From positions 4,280 through 68,279 of the IMG/VR virus record IMGVR_UViG_3300035326_000449: a stretch of 64,000 nucleotides of DNA; one strand, given 5' to 3'. The position numbers and the translations under genes were made by a program. Below are positions 39,180-49,700 of the stretch, piece after piece (within the stretch, counting starts at the first letter, position 1; each line of letters begins with the position of its first letter). The stretch is from a virus. The notes under the pieces were generated by a model. That model made no database searches. It saw only the letters and a program-made list of their open reading frames with translations, and was not told where the DNA came from.

Positions 39180-39827
39180 TTAAAGTGTTTTCAGTAATTC
39201 CGGGTTATCATAGATATTCCCGACAATCTTAATCTCTCTATTGAAATCATGCCACCAGTCGGGGCGAATTCTTTGCCAGGGATAAATCCAGATTTTGTCT
39301 AACTCATCGATATTCGCCATGCAGAACGAAGCGTGATCGGTTCGGTATTCAATGAGCTTCGGATAATTGCCATGGATTGTTATTACATCACCGGCGAAGA
39401 CATCAACTTTGGCGCTATCTGTCAACCCGATATATTGTCCGACCGTCTCACGTCTCACTACGGCTATTTCATCATTGAATAATTCAACTGCGACACGATT
39501 GCTATTCGGGATATTGGGGTTCTCTGTCTCAGTTGGAGAGCCGAAATATATCATGCTTCCTCCACCGATATTCAATAGATCTCCATAGACCCACTCTCCT
39601 GTGTCCGCTCGCTTGCCCCTGAACTTAATGGGGAAATAAGATGGATCCACGAGTTCCACATCCTTCGCATCATACACGCCATAAACGCGGTCTCCGAAAT
39701 CAAGAGTGTATGAACCATCTGGTAAAATCTCCTCGACTCTCGCATCTGAATTGTCACTGAAATAAGGCTTGGGATTCCATATCAACCGCACCTTATCTCC
39801 GACCTTGATTTCCCTGCGGTCTAACAT
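39180..39827 (-). CDS. YopX-family protein with N-terminal SH3-like domain
   Basis: IKFRGKR...GEWVYGDL, TVGQYIGLTD, IVGNIYDNPELL. Confidence 0.85.
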   Translation of the reverse strand: MLDRREIKVGDKVRLIWNPKPYFSDNSDARVEEILPDGSYTLDFGDRVYGVYDAKDVELVDPSYFPIKFRGKRADTGEWVYGDLLNIGGGSMIYFGSPTETENPNIPNSNRVAVELFNDEIAVVRRETVGQYIGLTDSAKVDVFAGDVITIHGNYPKLIEYRTDHASFCMANIDELDKIWIYPWQRIRPDWWHDFNREIKIVGNIYDNPELLKTL

Positions 39828-39831
39828 ATCT

Positions 39832-40122
39832 CTAAAGTTGTTTGATTGTTTCATAAGCGGCACGAATCTCTTCCAGATGCTCATTCAGGTATTTGTCGAA
39901 TGAGCCCGGACCTCCGAAGATCTCATCAAGACGCTCCGAAATCTTACCCAAAGGATTAAGCCATCTGTCATTCTCAACTATTTCCTTCGGCTCATAGAGG
40001 GCTATCAAGTGTGCGTTCCCTCCGAAGTGAGCAACCATTCCAACGTAAGCGGTCAACTTGTTATCGGCTTCGATTGAATAAAGTGAGCTCATTGCTCCGT
40101 ACTTAAATACCATATATTTCAA
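39832..40122 (-). CDS. Hypothetical protein
   Basis: 96-aa ORF. Confidence 0.6.
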   Translation of the reverse strand: MKYMVFKYGAMSSLYSIEADNKLTAYVGMVAHFGGNAHLIALYEPKEIVENDRWLNPLGKISERLDEIFGGPGSFDKYLNEHLEEIRAAYETIKQL

Positions 40123-40167
40123 GTGTTAAGGGGAGCAACTGAAATTCAACTGCTCCCTGATTCGTAA

Positions 40168-40851
40168 TCATGCTCCAATGTATTTGTATTCGTCTCCTAC
40201 CAATTCGAAATCTGACCGACAGGCAATGCCGAGATCGAAGCAAAGGTCGAATGCTTCTACTGACCAAGGTTCCGGAGAATTGTCATTAGTCGTACCTTTG
40301 GCATGGAAGAAACTGCCACAATTGTAGACATCATCGGCATACTGGTAGGTGATTATCACTTCAGGGAATTTATCAGCCAGAGCCTGTATGACTTTGGGGA
40401 CTCCGTTCCATGGGGTGATGAACTGAATCGTATTCTCATCGATCTTAATGCAGTCGTCAGCGTTCCACTTCGATCCCCACTTATTGCGGCGCCAGTCATA
40501 CCAAGTGGGATGTCCGTACTTCTCCCTGTTGCTGACAAGCTGATGACCCAGACTAAGATACTTCTTGAATTCTTCAGGGTCTTTCATGGCTTGGTCTGCA
40601 TAAGGGTATTTGTAGTAGCCAACCACTCTGGGGTCAGGTAGATGATGTTCGTGAACGAAGATGTAGGCTTCGGCTTCCTGGGATCTGGAACTTTCTTCCA
40701 CCATTAGTTCTGCCGGCATCGGGATTATCTTGTTGAAATCAATCAGCAGATTCTCTCCCTTTTCATTCTCACCTTTGATGAAGTCGAATAATCTTGCAAC
40801 CACTTCATCCGGACCTGTGACGGTCATTTTATTCAATACGTCATTTGCCAT
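40168..40851 (-). CDS. YubB/DUF1281-like ferredoxin-fold protein
   Basis: IDFNKIIPMP...WYDWRRNKWGSKWNA...FITPW. Confidence 0.7.
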   Translation of the reverse strand: MANDVLNKMTVTGPDEVVARLFDFIKGENEKGENLLIDFNKIIPMPAELMVEESSRSQEAEAYIFVHEHHLPDPRVVGYYKYPYADQAMKDPEEFKKYLSLGHQLVSNREKYGHPTWYDWRRNKWGSKWNADDCIKIDENTIQFITPWNGVPKVIQALADKFPEVIITYQYADDVYNCGSFFHAKGTTNDNSPEPWSVEAFDLCFDLGIACRSDFELVGDEYKYIGA

Positions 40852-40854
40852 AAC

Positions 40855-41073
40855 TCAAATGTCTTTATAGTGGAGGACTTCGCCATTCACGAGGACGTGT
40901 TCATCATTCTCTACCATTTCCTGCAATCCAATCCAACAGCCTTTGTTGAGGGATTGAACGAGTTCACGGTATCTGGACTCTGCTGTTTCCTCATTCGTAA
41001 TGAGGACTTCAATCACTCGCTCTTCAACAGCGAGATACCATGTGAGCTTGTATATCTTCATAATCATAATCAA
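40855..41073 (-). CDS. Hypothetical protein
   Basis: 72-aa ORF in operon. Confidence 0.55.
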   Translation of the reverse strand: MIMIMKIYKLTWYLAVEERVIEVLITNEETAESRYRELVQSLNKGCWIGLQEMVENDEHVLVNGEVLHYKDI

Positions 41074-41224
41074 TCAAGGGTAAATTCATCTTCATACACA
41101 TAGATGTGCTTCCCGGAGCCACAAATCTCTACTTCCCACTTATACATTGTAGGCCAGTATTCCACGAGGATGATGTTGGTGTATCCCTGGTATGGCTCAT
41201 TCAGTGTCGCTGATCTTCCGTCCA

Positions 41225-41485
41225 TCATTGTTCTTTTAAGATGTCAATAAAGGGGGTGTCGCTCTCTTCCGATTCGTAGAGGACAATGAAGCCTGCCGGT
41301 GAACGCTGGTCTATGCCAGCATAGAGTCCGGAGACATAGGCTGTGGTTTCTTCCTCTGAGTCGAATTTTTCCTCTCTGAAATCGGCTCCATCTTCGATGA
41401 TTTCACGGAATGCATCCAGATCCTCATCATAGACCGCCTGCTCAACAGACTGGTCGCGTACGATGTAAATTCTCTGCTTTCCCAT
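41225..41485 (-). CDS. Small acidic hypothetical protein
   Basis: Likely start MGKQRIY; D/E-rich. Confidence 0.6.
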   Translation of the reverse strand: MGKQRIYIVRDQSVEQAVYDEDLDAFREIIEDGADFREEKFDSEEETTAYVSGLYAGIDQRSPAGFIVLYESEESDTPFIDILKEQ

Positions 41486-41489
41486 AGTA

Positions 41490-41954
41490 TCAATAATGAG
41501 GGTCAATGTAGTGGCGCTGATAGGTGAGCACAAGGAGGCAGCCATCTTTGATTGACTGACCTTCCATAATCCACTGGCCGTTCTTACGCTTGGTAAAAAT
41601 ATCCTCACCACCTTCCAATTCAGGGAGTATTTCATAATCTCCTGCATAGTAATCCTTGCATTTGGTCTCATTGTGGCGCACCGCGATCTTCTTGTCGGAA
41701 ATTATTCGAGTGACGGTAACTGCCCGGTAATCGCTCCAATATAAGATTGTGCCAGGGAGTCCGACCTTTGGGACTATCCCCCGGACGGCTTTCTTGAAGC
41801 GAGCGTCATGCTCTTTTTCCCACTGGTGCTGGAGTTCATATCTGGCGTCCTTCTGCTCATCGCTGAATGTGCGCCATTCTTCAGGAGTGAAATCGTAGGG
41901 GTTCTTCTCGGCTTTAACCGCTTTCAGAACCGCGAAACTTTCTTCTGTAGTCAT
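41490..41954 (-). CDS. Hypothetical early protein
   Basis: 154 aa, first gene after promoter copy 9. Confidence 0.7.
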   Translation of the reverse strand: MTTEESFAVLKAVKAEKNPYDFTPEEWRTFSDEQKDARYELQHQWEKEHDARFKKAVRGIVPKVGLPGTILYWSDYRAVTVTRIISDKKIAVRHNETKCKDYYAGDYEILPELEGGEDIFTKRKNGQWIMEGQSIKDGCLLVLTYQRHYIDPHY

Positions 41955-41997
41955 TTTGTCTTGTTTTTAGGAGTTATTTAATTTCTTATTTGCATTG

Positions 41998-42029
41998 CAA
42001 ATATAATATAATTTTATCAAATACACAAA
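41998..42029 (-). promoter_or_regulatory. sigmaA-type early promoter, copy 9
   Basis: TTTG-N20-TATATTTG, close match to copy 1 over ~100 bp. Confidence 0.8.
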
Positions 42030-42123
42030 CTTTTATCGGATAAAATTATCATTTATACGATTTTTTTATTCAAAAAAATAGGGAGCCGGACACCCGACTC
42101 CCTCAGTCGAAGATAGATGATTG

Positions 42124-42573
42124 TCAAGGCACCTTCGCGGTGCCGGCTTTTTCGACTTCACTTATACATTGCACTCGCAAGGCTTCCAGATCGATTTTGG
42201 CTAACGCTTCCTCGAAATCCGCAACACTGACTGACTTGATCCAGGGATATTGTTTGTAGGAATCTGAGAGGACCAACGGATCATCTTTTGAGAGCTTCAA
42301 CGATATAGCCATAATCTTATGACCAAAGTCTGCGATCATCATGAATCCGGCAAAATTGATAACGCCAATCAGGATATCCACTGACACAGGACTTGTATTG
42401 CCAGACTCCCAAAATGTGTGGACTTCATTATCTGCATACCAAAGGCGATATATTGCCGTGACGGTCACTTCCGAACCTGCCGGCTTTATGCGGTCCCAGG
42501 TTTCCCGGACTGCCATCATCGGGCTCATAGCACCAACCATGAGTACTGAGTACCGTCCTCCTTGCGCTTCCAA
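42124..42573 (-). CDS. Hypothetical protein, start uncertain
   Basis: ORF between two terminator-like hairpins (about 42072-42103 and 42617-42640). Confidence 0.5.
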   Translation of the reverse strand: MEAQGGRYSVLMVGAMSPMMAVRETWDRIKPAGSEVTVTAIYRLWYADNEVHTFWESGNTSPVSVDILIGVINFAGFMMIADFGHKIMAISLKLSKDDPLVLSDSYKQYPWIKSVSVADFEEALAKIDLEALRVQCISEVEKAGTAKVP

Positions 42574-42664
42574 TGCGTCAATTTCTGCAATTCAAATTCC
42601 ATATAAGCATTATATTAGGGGCGAGAAAAGCCTCGCCCCTGAGTGAAAAGAATGGGTAATCTGA

Positions 42665-44476
42665 TTATTCTGTCACCTGAGTTTCCTCGGCGCTATCAGT
42701 TGTAGGTGCTTCAGGTGCTTCCTGCGATTCCTCAGCACCCTCGGCTACCTCTGTCTCAGGCTGCTCTGCCGGAACAGATGATTCCGCTTCATCAGCGGCA
42801 GACACCTGACTCGGGATAATTTCCTCTTCCGATTCCTGAGCGGGCTCTTCGGGAACGATCTTCTCACGCTGTTCCTCGATGAGTTTCTCAATGGATGCCA
42901 CCTGCTCCTTGTAGGAAATATCAAGCCTTGTGGCGATCTCCGATGCCTGTGGCTCAAAGCGCTCGTTCATTACGACTGCAAGGAGAGAAGCCAGATCTTT
43001 GGAGAAGTTCACGCTCTGCTCTGAAAGGGTAGTGCGGATGAACTCACGGACGATAGCCGGGAAATTCTTTTTGAGAATCTTGAAACTGTCAACGACATTG
43101 GCGGTCGTGCTGGTATCGATGCCGAGTGAGGTCTTGAAGTCGAAACCGAAACGCATCATCAGGATAGCCAGGAACACATTGCGCTCATTGTCAGTGAGGT
43201 CAGTGTTGAGGGTGGAGTATTGGGACGTGCTGAAGAATTTGCGCTGTTCCTCGACCTCATCCGACGCTCTCTCCGCCTTGATGTCTTCAAGTTTAGTTTT
43301 AAGAGTGGTGATGTCGTTGAGAATCTTTGTGGTGGCGCCATACTGAGTGTCGTACTCTGACGCCGGCACATTGTAGAGGAACTTGACTTCGCCGGTGAAC
43401 TTGTTGCCGTTGGCAAGTTCAAAGACCTTTATCACTGAGCCGTCAGCGACATTGCTATCGAACACCGCCTTGACCTTCTCGAAGTTGATCATGCGCATCT
43501 GATAGGTTTCCTTATCTTTGAACGTGCTCTCAGACGGAGCCACTGGCTCTACCACATACTCACGCTTGCCGAGTTGTTCCACTTTCAGACCGAATTCCGA
43601 TGCGAAGTTGAGGATGCTCTTATCGGTCGTGCCTGCGACAACTACAGGTATTCCTGCCGTTTTAGCCATACGGAAGAGGGCTTCACGGTTCTTTGCCGTG
43701 AATTTCTCACGGTTCATGCATCGTGGGCGGTTCGCTTCCTTGTAATTGGATGCATCTGTGGCCGTGTTTAAAGGACAGCCCTCGCAGGAACCGCAGGCGG
43801 TATAAGTGGTGTCGGATAGATTGAAGCGGGCTTTTGACAGGCTGCACATGATATGCTCATCAATCCAATCATGGAGTTTATCCATGCTGAGGATCTTGAA
43901 GTCCCACTGAGCGACACATTCCGGAGTGAAGCAAGTGTTGAAGAGGATTTCCTGATTTTCGGTTGTGAGCTTGCAAAGATCTTGCAAGTGAATGAGGCAG
44001 AGGGTGCCGACGTCCATAAGTTCCGCAAACTGAGGGATGATGTTTGTGAGTTGGATGCGGCTGATAACAAAGCTGTCGCTCTTTCCGAGCATCTTTGAGA
44101 TCTCCTTGATTTTGTAACCACCTTCGGTGTAAAGCCTGTTAATGGCGGCGGCTTCTTCCAGAGGCTTGATGTCCTTGCGCTGGAGGTTTTCGAGAATCAT
44201 AAACTCGAATGCCTTCTTGTCTTCAAGTTCCGTTACCTCAGCCTTGATGGTTTCGGCTCCGATGAGTTGACAGGCACGATAGCGGCACTCACCGCACACG
44301 AGTTCATATTTGAAGTTAGGCTTCTTGCCGACCTTGCGGACTACGATTGCCTGAATGAGTCCGTTTTCCTTGATGCTTTCCGCGAGTTCCTGGATATAGT
44401 TCTCGTCGAATGTTTTACGGGGATTGTTGGCGCTGACTACGATGTCAGCCATAGGGATGTTCTTTATCTGTGACAT
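42665..44476 (-). CDS. Large ParB/Spo0J-family protein (PRTRC ParB-like)
   Basis: NPRKTFD, GLIQAIVVR, VCGECRYRA, ENLQRKDI, HTH; acidic tail. Confidence 0.85.
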   Translation of the reverse strand: MSQIKNIPMADIVVSANNPRKTFDENYIQELAESIKENGLIQAIVVRKVGKKPNFKYELVCGECRYRACQLIGAETIKAEVTELEDKKAFEFMILENLQRKDIKPLEEAAAINRLYTEGGYKIKEISKMLGKSDSFVISRIQLTNIIPQFAELMDVGTLCLIHLQDLCKLTTENQEILFNTCFTPECVAQWDFKILSMDKLHDWIDEHIMCSLSKARFNLSDTTYTACGSCEGCPLNTATDASNYKEANRPRCMNREKFTAKNREALFRMAKTAGIPVVVAGTTDKSILNFASEFGLKVEQLGKREYVVEPVAPSESTFKDKETYQMRMINFEKVKAVFDSNVADGSVIKVFELANGNKFTGEVKFLYNVPASEYDTQYGATTKILNDITTLKTKLEDIKAERASDEVEEQRKFFSTSQYSTLNTDLTDNERNVFLAILMMRFGFDFKTSLGIDTSTTANVVDSFKILKKNFPAIVREFIRTTLSEQSVNFSKDLASLLAVVMNERFEPQASEIATRLDISYKEQVASIEKLIEEQREKIVPEEPAQESEEEIIPSQVSAADEAESSVPAEQPETEVAEGAEESQEAPEAPTTDSAEETQVTE

Positions 44477-44516
44477 GATTTTTAAGATTTTGAAATTACC
44501 ATATTATTGAATTTGA

Positions 44517-45137
44517 TTACTGAAGCCAGGAAAGCTGATCCTTGACAGGCTTCTTCTTCCAACCTTCAAAAGCAAAGGTGTTGATGAGGTTGGTGTAGGA
44601 GATTGTTCTGGGGCACTCAGGAGCGGGCTCTGTATCAACTAATCCGAGGTCAGCGTTGCAGGGCATGATTATCGCAGTGAACATTGAGTTCTTCATCAAT
44701 ATCGGACGTTCAGGCTCGCCAACAAGTAGCTGGATTGAACCGAGGGCATTACCCTGCTTGAACACAGTCAGGATACGGACTAACTGATCTATGCGGAGTG
44801 CCACATTATCAATGAGGACATTGTCATCTTTTGTGGCAAATTCACTCCGAAGATACCATTGACTTGCACGGTAGAGTTGATCGAGGTCAATAGGAACAGG
44901 CTTTTTGTGTGTTGGGATTACCCGGTCAACATCTGGGAATCTACCCTGGATTTCCTCGCCCTCGGCGCTGATTGTCTTGCCGGCGTGTGCTTCGCTTCCT
45001 TCATTGTAGATAAGGAGGATGCGAGTGTTGGTTGCATAGCAACGTTCTTTCTCGAAGTGTACGCCCATCAGATTGGGACGGATAGGGTCAGTTGATGCAA
45101 CTTGCGTATACATCGCTTGTATTACCTGTTTGTTCAT
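44517..45137 (-). CDS. DNA polymerase III beta-clamp-like partial-domain protein
   Basis: ASTDPIRPNLMGVHF, YATNTRIL, GRFPDVDRVIP, AIIMP resemble DnaN domains II-III. Confidence 0.55.
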   Translation of the reverse strand: MNKQVIQAMYTQVASTDPIRPNLMGVHFEKERCYATNTRILLIYNEGSEAHAGKTISAEGEEIQGRFPDVDRVIPTHKKPVPIDLDQLYRASQWYLRSEFATKDDNVLIDNVALRIDQLVRILTVFKQGNALGSIQLLVGEPERPILMKNSMFTAIIMPCNADLGLVDTEPAPECPRTISYTNLINTFAFEGWKKKPVKDQLSWLQ

Positions 45138-45175
45138 AATCTAAAGATTTGATGTTTAATTTCTTATTTGCACTA

Positions 45176-45207
45176 CAAATATAATACTATTTTATCAAAT
45201 ACGCAAA
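45176..45207 (-). promoter_or_regulatory. sigmaA-type early promoter, copy 10
   Basis: TTTG-N20-TATATTTG, TGATAA boxes. Confidence 0.8.
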
Positions 45208-45253
45208 CTTTTACAGGGCATTTTTATCATTTCTGCAAAAGATTTTTCAGGTG

Positions 45254-45592
45254 TCAGACAGCCACCGGAATGGCTGTCTTGTCCTTGAAATTGGCGCGAG
45301 AGTCAGAGCAGAGGACACAGGCGATTGCTTCCTCGATTGTCTCATACTTGCGGAAACCCTGAACACGGATCCTCTCCAGTTCGTCAACGATGACGGTGCG
45401 GACTACCTGTGCGCTGGTACGGATCTTGTAGATACGCTTCCAACCCTTCTTGGTCTTCTCATACTTGGTGTCCTCAAGGTTGAAGTCTGCCATCATTTCC
45501 TCCTTTGTGCGGAGCATGGCGAGTGAGTTGTCAGATGCGAGGTTGTCAATAGCCTGCGATACTTTCTTAGATGTGAATGAGAATCTTTTCAT
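45254..45592 (-). CDS. Hypothetical early protein
   Basis: 112-aa gene flanked by two promoter copies. Confidence 0.7.
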   Translation of the reverse strand: MKRFSFTSKKVSQAIDNLASDNSLAMLRTKEEMMADFNLEDTKYEKTKKGWKRIYKIRTSAQVVRTVIVDELERIRVQGFRKYETIEEAIACVLCSDSRANFKDKTAIPVAV

Positions 45593-45634
45593 TTTTGTCT
45601 TGAATTTAAGGAGTTTTATTTCTTATTTGCACTA

Positions 45635-45666
45635 CAAAAATAACACAATTTTATCAAATACGCAAA
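45635..45666 (-). promoter_or_regulatory. sigmaA-type early promoter, copy 11
   Basis: TTTG-N20-TATTTTTG, TGATAA boxes. Confidence 0.8.
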
Positions 45667-45704
45667 CTTTTTAAGGATAAAATTATCATTTTTACTAAAT
45701 AATT

Positions 45705-45920
45705 TCAACGGAGATTCTTATTCAGGGTAGTCTCGCAGTAGTCAATGAAAGACCAAACCTGAGCTGGTAGCGGTCGCGTTTCCCGGTCATCAATGATCTG
45801 GCTGTATGCACTGGGGTAGGTGTATATCATATCGAAGATGAAACTCTCGAAAGAGGAGTCAATGGATGCCTGGAAATCATTGTACCACTTCCGGGCAAGT
45901 TCTGGGCTAAAAGACTTCAT
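45705..45920 (-). CDS. Hypothetical protein
   Basis: 71-aa ORF. Confidence 0.5.
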   Translation of the reverse strand: MKSFSPELARKWYNDFQASIDSSFESFIFDMIYTYPSAYSQIIDDRETRPLPAQVWSFIDYCETTLNKNLR

Positions 45921-45991
45921 ATCTGGAATTTGTTTGGTTATTCTTAATCATATATGCAAATTTTTGACTATCTTTGCAGTATTAAACCGAG

Positions 45992-46498
45992 GTGATTATG
46001 ATACGGATAAAGCACAACATTGATGAGTCAAAATTCAAGTTCCTGTGGGCGAAATACGTTGAGGACGGAAAGATAGACAAGCATTGCGCTAAATGTCTGA
46101 CAGGACACTGGAGCAAGAAATTTTCCGGGGCGTGGAATAAAGATCTACTATCCCAACCCATATTGGAAATGGATGAGTTTCCCGAAGGGTCATTCAAAGC
46201 CATATACTTCTGTGGTGTGGCTAAGTCAGGCTACCCGAAAACCTGCTATCCCCACAACCTCCACTTTGCCGTCATTCCTGAAGAGGGTACATCTGACTCG
46301 TTCGACTTCGAGGAATGGCATGTGGAGATTGAAGGGGGCAGACTATCCGAGATTCCGACTGAGGACCGATTAGGCCGAAGATTTTTCCAAGAGCCATACA
46401 ACGAACACTACTATACTTGCAGAATATTCCGTTGGATGCTGGGCTTCTTCTATCCGGAGACTATCAGTCCATCGACACCTCCGACTCAAAGCGCTTGA
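45992..46498 (+). CDS. Cys/His-motif protein, paralog of 59820-60308
   Basis: LWAKYV...HCAKCL...YFCGVA...HNLH...YYTCR; TATCTTTG box at 45969-45976. Confidence 0.7.
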   Translation: MIMIRIKHNIDESKFKFLWAKYVEDGKIDKHCAKCLTGHWSKKFSGAWNKDLLSQPILEMDEFPEGSFKAIYFCGVAKSGYPKTCYPHNLHFAVIPEEGTSDSFDFEEWHVEIEGGRLSEIPTEDRLGRRFFQEPYNEHYYTCRIFRWMLGFFYPETISPSTPPTQSA

Positions 46499-46703
46499 TG
46501 ATTTTGTAGATCCCGCGCTCCGTCATATTGTTTTCAGTGGCAAGATGAACTACGATGTAGCCCACCTTATGACCTTTAGATTTCATATCCAAAAACTTAT
46601 CGTATATCGCCAGATAACGGATGTCATTGGGGTTGATTTTGTTGTCGAGCATGATAGAGAATAATCGCTCGTTCATTTTGAGGATGTCGTAGTTAGTCAT
46701 CAT
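46464..46703 (-). CDS. Small HTH protein (Mor-like C-terminal HTH)
   Basis: IVVHLATENNMTERGIYKIIKR. Confidence 0.55.
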   Translation of the reverse strand: MMTNYDILKMNERLFSIMLDNKINPNDIRYLAIYDKFLDMKSKGHKVGYIVVHLATENNMTERGIYKIIKRFESEVSMD

Positions 46704-46707
46704 ATCG

Positions 46708-49700
46708 TTAGAATGTATCAAGTTCTTCTATGGTTTCCACTCTCTGCTGAACCTCGTTGATCTCCACTACGGACACAACGGGCTTGATTTCCTTCGCTGC
46801 ACTCTCAAAGGATGATGTCAGCATTTCGGCTGACTCCACACTATCAGTTGAGCCTACCACCTGCATAGGTACGCCACTGCCGATTCCGTTCATGGCTTCC
46901 AACAGGGGTTCAAACATCTTTGTCGCCTTGGCGGTCATCACATACTCCCCGTGCGAAAGAAGAGCAGGCACACTATCGCTGGTTCCGGTGCCAGGTCCTG
47001 AGACCTTACCACCCTGTGCGAATTTGGCTGACTTGACAGTTGAAATGGCGGTCGCTATATTTGCAAGGACGGTAGCCACTGTGGTACCGATGGCTGCAAG
47101 GTTTCCGGGGAACGGAACGGATGAAGCTGAAGCGATACCTGCGGAAAGAGCCTTACCTGTATCAATGGCGATCTGAGCAAGGGTGATTACCTTTGACATC
47201 ATCGCAAAAGCCTTGTTGCTCTCGCCCAAAGTATCAAGCAATCCGGTGAGCGATGAGGTTACGGCTTTCATAGCCTGAGCCTTTGCTTCCTCATTCTTGA
47301 TGTATGCGTCATTGATAGCCTTCTGCTTGTCGAGCCACTTATTTTTGGCTTCATTCTGCTCTGCAAGCCATTCCTCTTCCGTCTGAGTGGAAAGTTGGCC
47401 GCGCTCGACGAGACGTTCATACTCCTGCTGAGCAAACTCTTCCTCCATCTGAAGTTTGGCAGCTTCGGCTCCGGCGATGCTCTCAAGCATCATTCTCTTA
47501 TGTTCCTCGTATTCCTGAGCATCGAGGTTCTGCCATCCCTGACGGTGAAGCTGGCGTTCAGTCTCTGCCATATCAAGAGCATCAATCTGGTTCTGAAGAT
47601 GTTGTTTGGTTATCTCCAGGTCCTTCTGCTTCCGCTCATCTTCGATGGCGGCACTCTCGGCGGCATACTTGGCTCTGAGGGCTGCTATGGCTTCCTGCTT
47701 CTGAATTTCATCCTCATAGGCTGTCTCGGCTTCTTTCAAAGCGAGTTCGTGAGCCATACGAAGATTTTCCTGCTGTAGCGCAAATTCATGGTTGGAACCG
47801 ACCTTCATGGCAGCCAACTTCGCTTCATTGATCTTGACCTGGTCCTCATAGGTACGCTTCAGTTCCTCATCCGACAATTTTTTGAGGGCTGCCTGCTTCT
47901 GCAATTCCAGCGACTCAATAATCTTGGTGATGGTCTCCCGACTCTTTACGGTCAGGTCCTTTTCAGTTGTCAGTCGATACTGCAAGTCACGGATCTGCTT
48001 GTCATAGCCCTCTTCAATGACCTTCCGGCGCTTCTCCGCTCCCTCCTTGACGAGTTTGAGCATTTCGGCTTGAAGTTGCTCCATGAGTTTCCTTTCCTCG
48101 TCGGCGGCTTTCTTGGCGGCTTCGGCTTCCTTCTTGGCATTGTCAGATTTAGTCTTGTCTGCTGCTGAATCAACAACCTTTGGTGCAGGATTATTCAAAG
48201 TGGTCCCGCTACTACCGTTGTCGGGAGCATTATCTTTCGTCACGGTCATGTCTATTGGCTCCAACTTATCATTGATGCCATTGATTGTGTCAACAGTGTC
48301 CTGAGCCATTTCTTTAATGGTATCCACTGCTAAATCTTTCTGATTCTTGTAGAAGTCAGTTACTGCTGTACCGAGTTGCTTTACTCCGGCTACAGCCTTA
48401 TCGAAGTCACGCGTGAACAATCCGGACAGGGCATTAGCCACACTCGAGATAATACCTCCCAATAATTTGAAAGAGTTGCCTACAGCCTTCACGCCTACTT
48501 TTATGATGTCCCATAAAAGATTGAACGCCAAACCTACGGACTTGACAATGGTGCGGACATATACGGCATCATTATAAAGGTTGATGAACCAATTGCATAC
48601 ATCGATAAGAATATCAAGTAAAGCAGACAGTGCTTCATTGGTTAGCACCTTGAACTGACCTGTCAGAGTCTCGAAAGATCCGCCTGTCATATCGAATACA
48701 GCGGCGAGTTTATTCTCCAACTCGATTTGGCTCTCCATGACCTGTTCTTCCATCTTGCCGACCTCGCCGGTCTGCCCCTTCACACTCTCAAGGTTAGTGT
48801 CAATATCTTTAAGACATGTGATAAGTTCGTAGCCTGCTTCCACACCCTTTTCACCAAACACCTCTTTCATGACTTTGCCGGCCGCTTCTGAACTTTCAGG
48901 AAGTTCATCAAGTTTACCGGCTACTTCCTGATAAATATCGAACATGGATTTTTCTCCACTCTCGACATCTTTCAAAGCCTGCTCTGCGCTCATTCCAATC
49001 GTGGAAAGGGCATCTTTTGTAGCCTGACTCATCTCTCGGAATTTCTTGTTGGCTTCCTCTATGACTTCCATGCCTTGCTCACTAAATATGCCGGAACGAG
49101 TCTGCGCAATCATGGCTGTCATTTGACTTGCAGATAATCCGGCTTCTCTAAACGCGGCAGGGTATTTACCAAGTTGTTCCAAGAAATTTCCGTTAAGATC
49201 GGATCCTGCGACAAATCCATCCTTGATTGTCTGCATTGCATCCTCAAAGGATATTCCGAACTGCGACACAAGACCGTCTGCGGCGGCAAGAACCTCGTTG
49301 AAATCCTTACCGTAGGTATCTGCGACACCGATAATTTCTGAGCGCATGGATTTCATCGCTTTACCGGTCATGCCAGTAAATTCTTCAGTGAGTCGTGTGG
49401 CTTCCTGCAAATTCTTGTTGTAGTCAAAGATCCATTTCGCCACTATCAAAGTACCTGCGATGCCGAGAAACGCCAGGACGGCAGGATTGGCAAGCAATGT
49501 CATGAGGGTTTTGGCGAAAGCTGACACATTAGATGTTAAAGCCTTAATAGCGTTGCCGGAAGATGCGGAGTTGGCGGAAAGCCCTTCAAGAGACTTCCCG
49601 AAATTGAGGTTTATGCCGAGCATACTACCCAACTTATCTGCCAACTCCTGATTGGCATCAGTAGTTTTTTCGGTAAGTTTACGATTATTTTCAAGTCTCT

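Noticed and set aside
1196-45700. Intergenic repeats as a CRISPR array or MITE family
   Set aside because: They are dispersed, co-oriented, lack regular spacers and terminal inverted repeats, and match promoter consensus.
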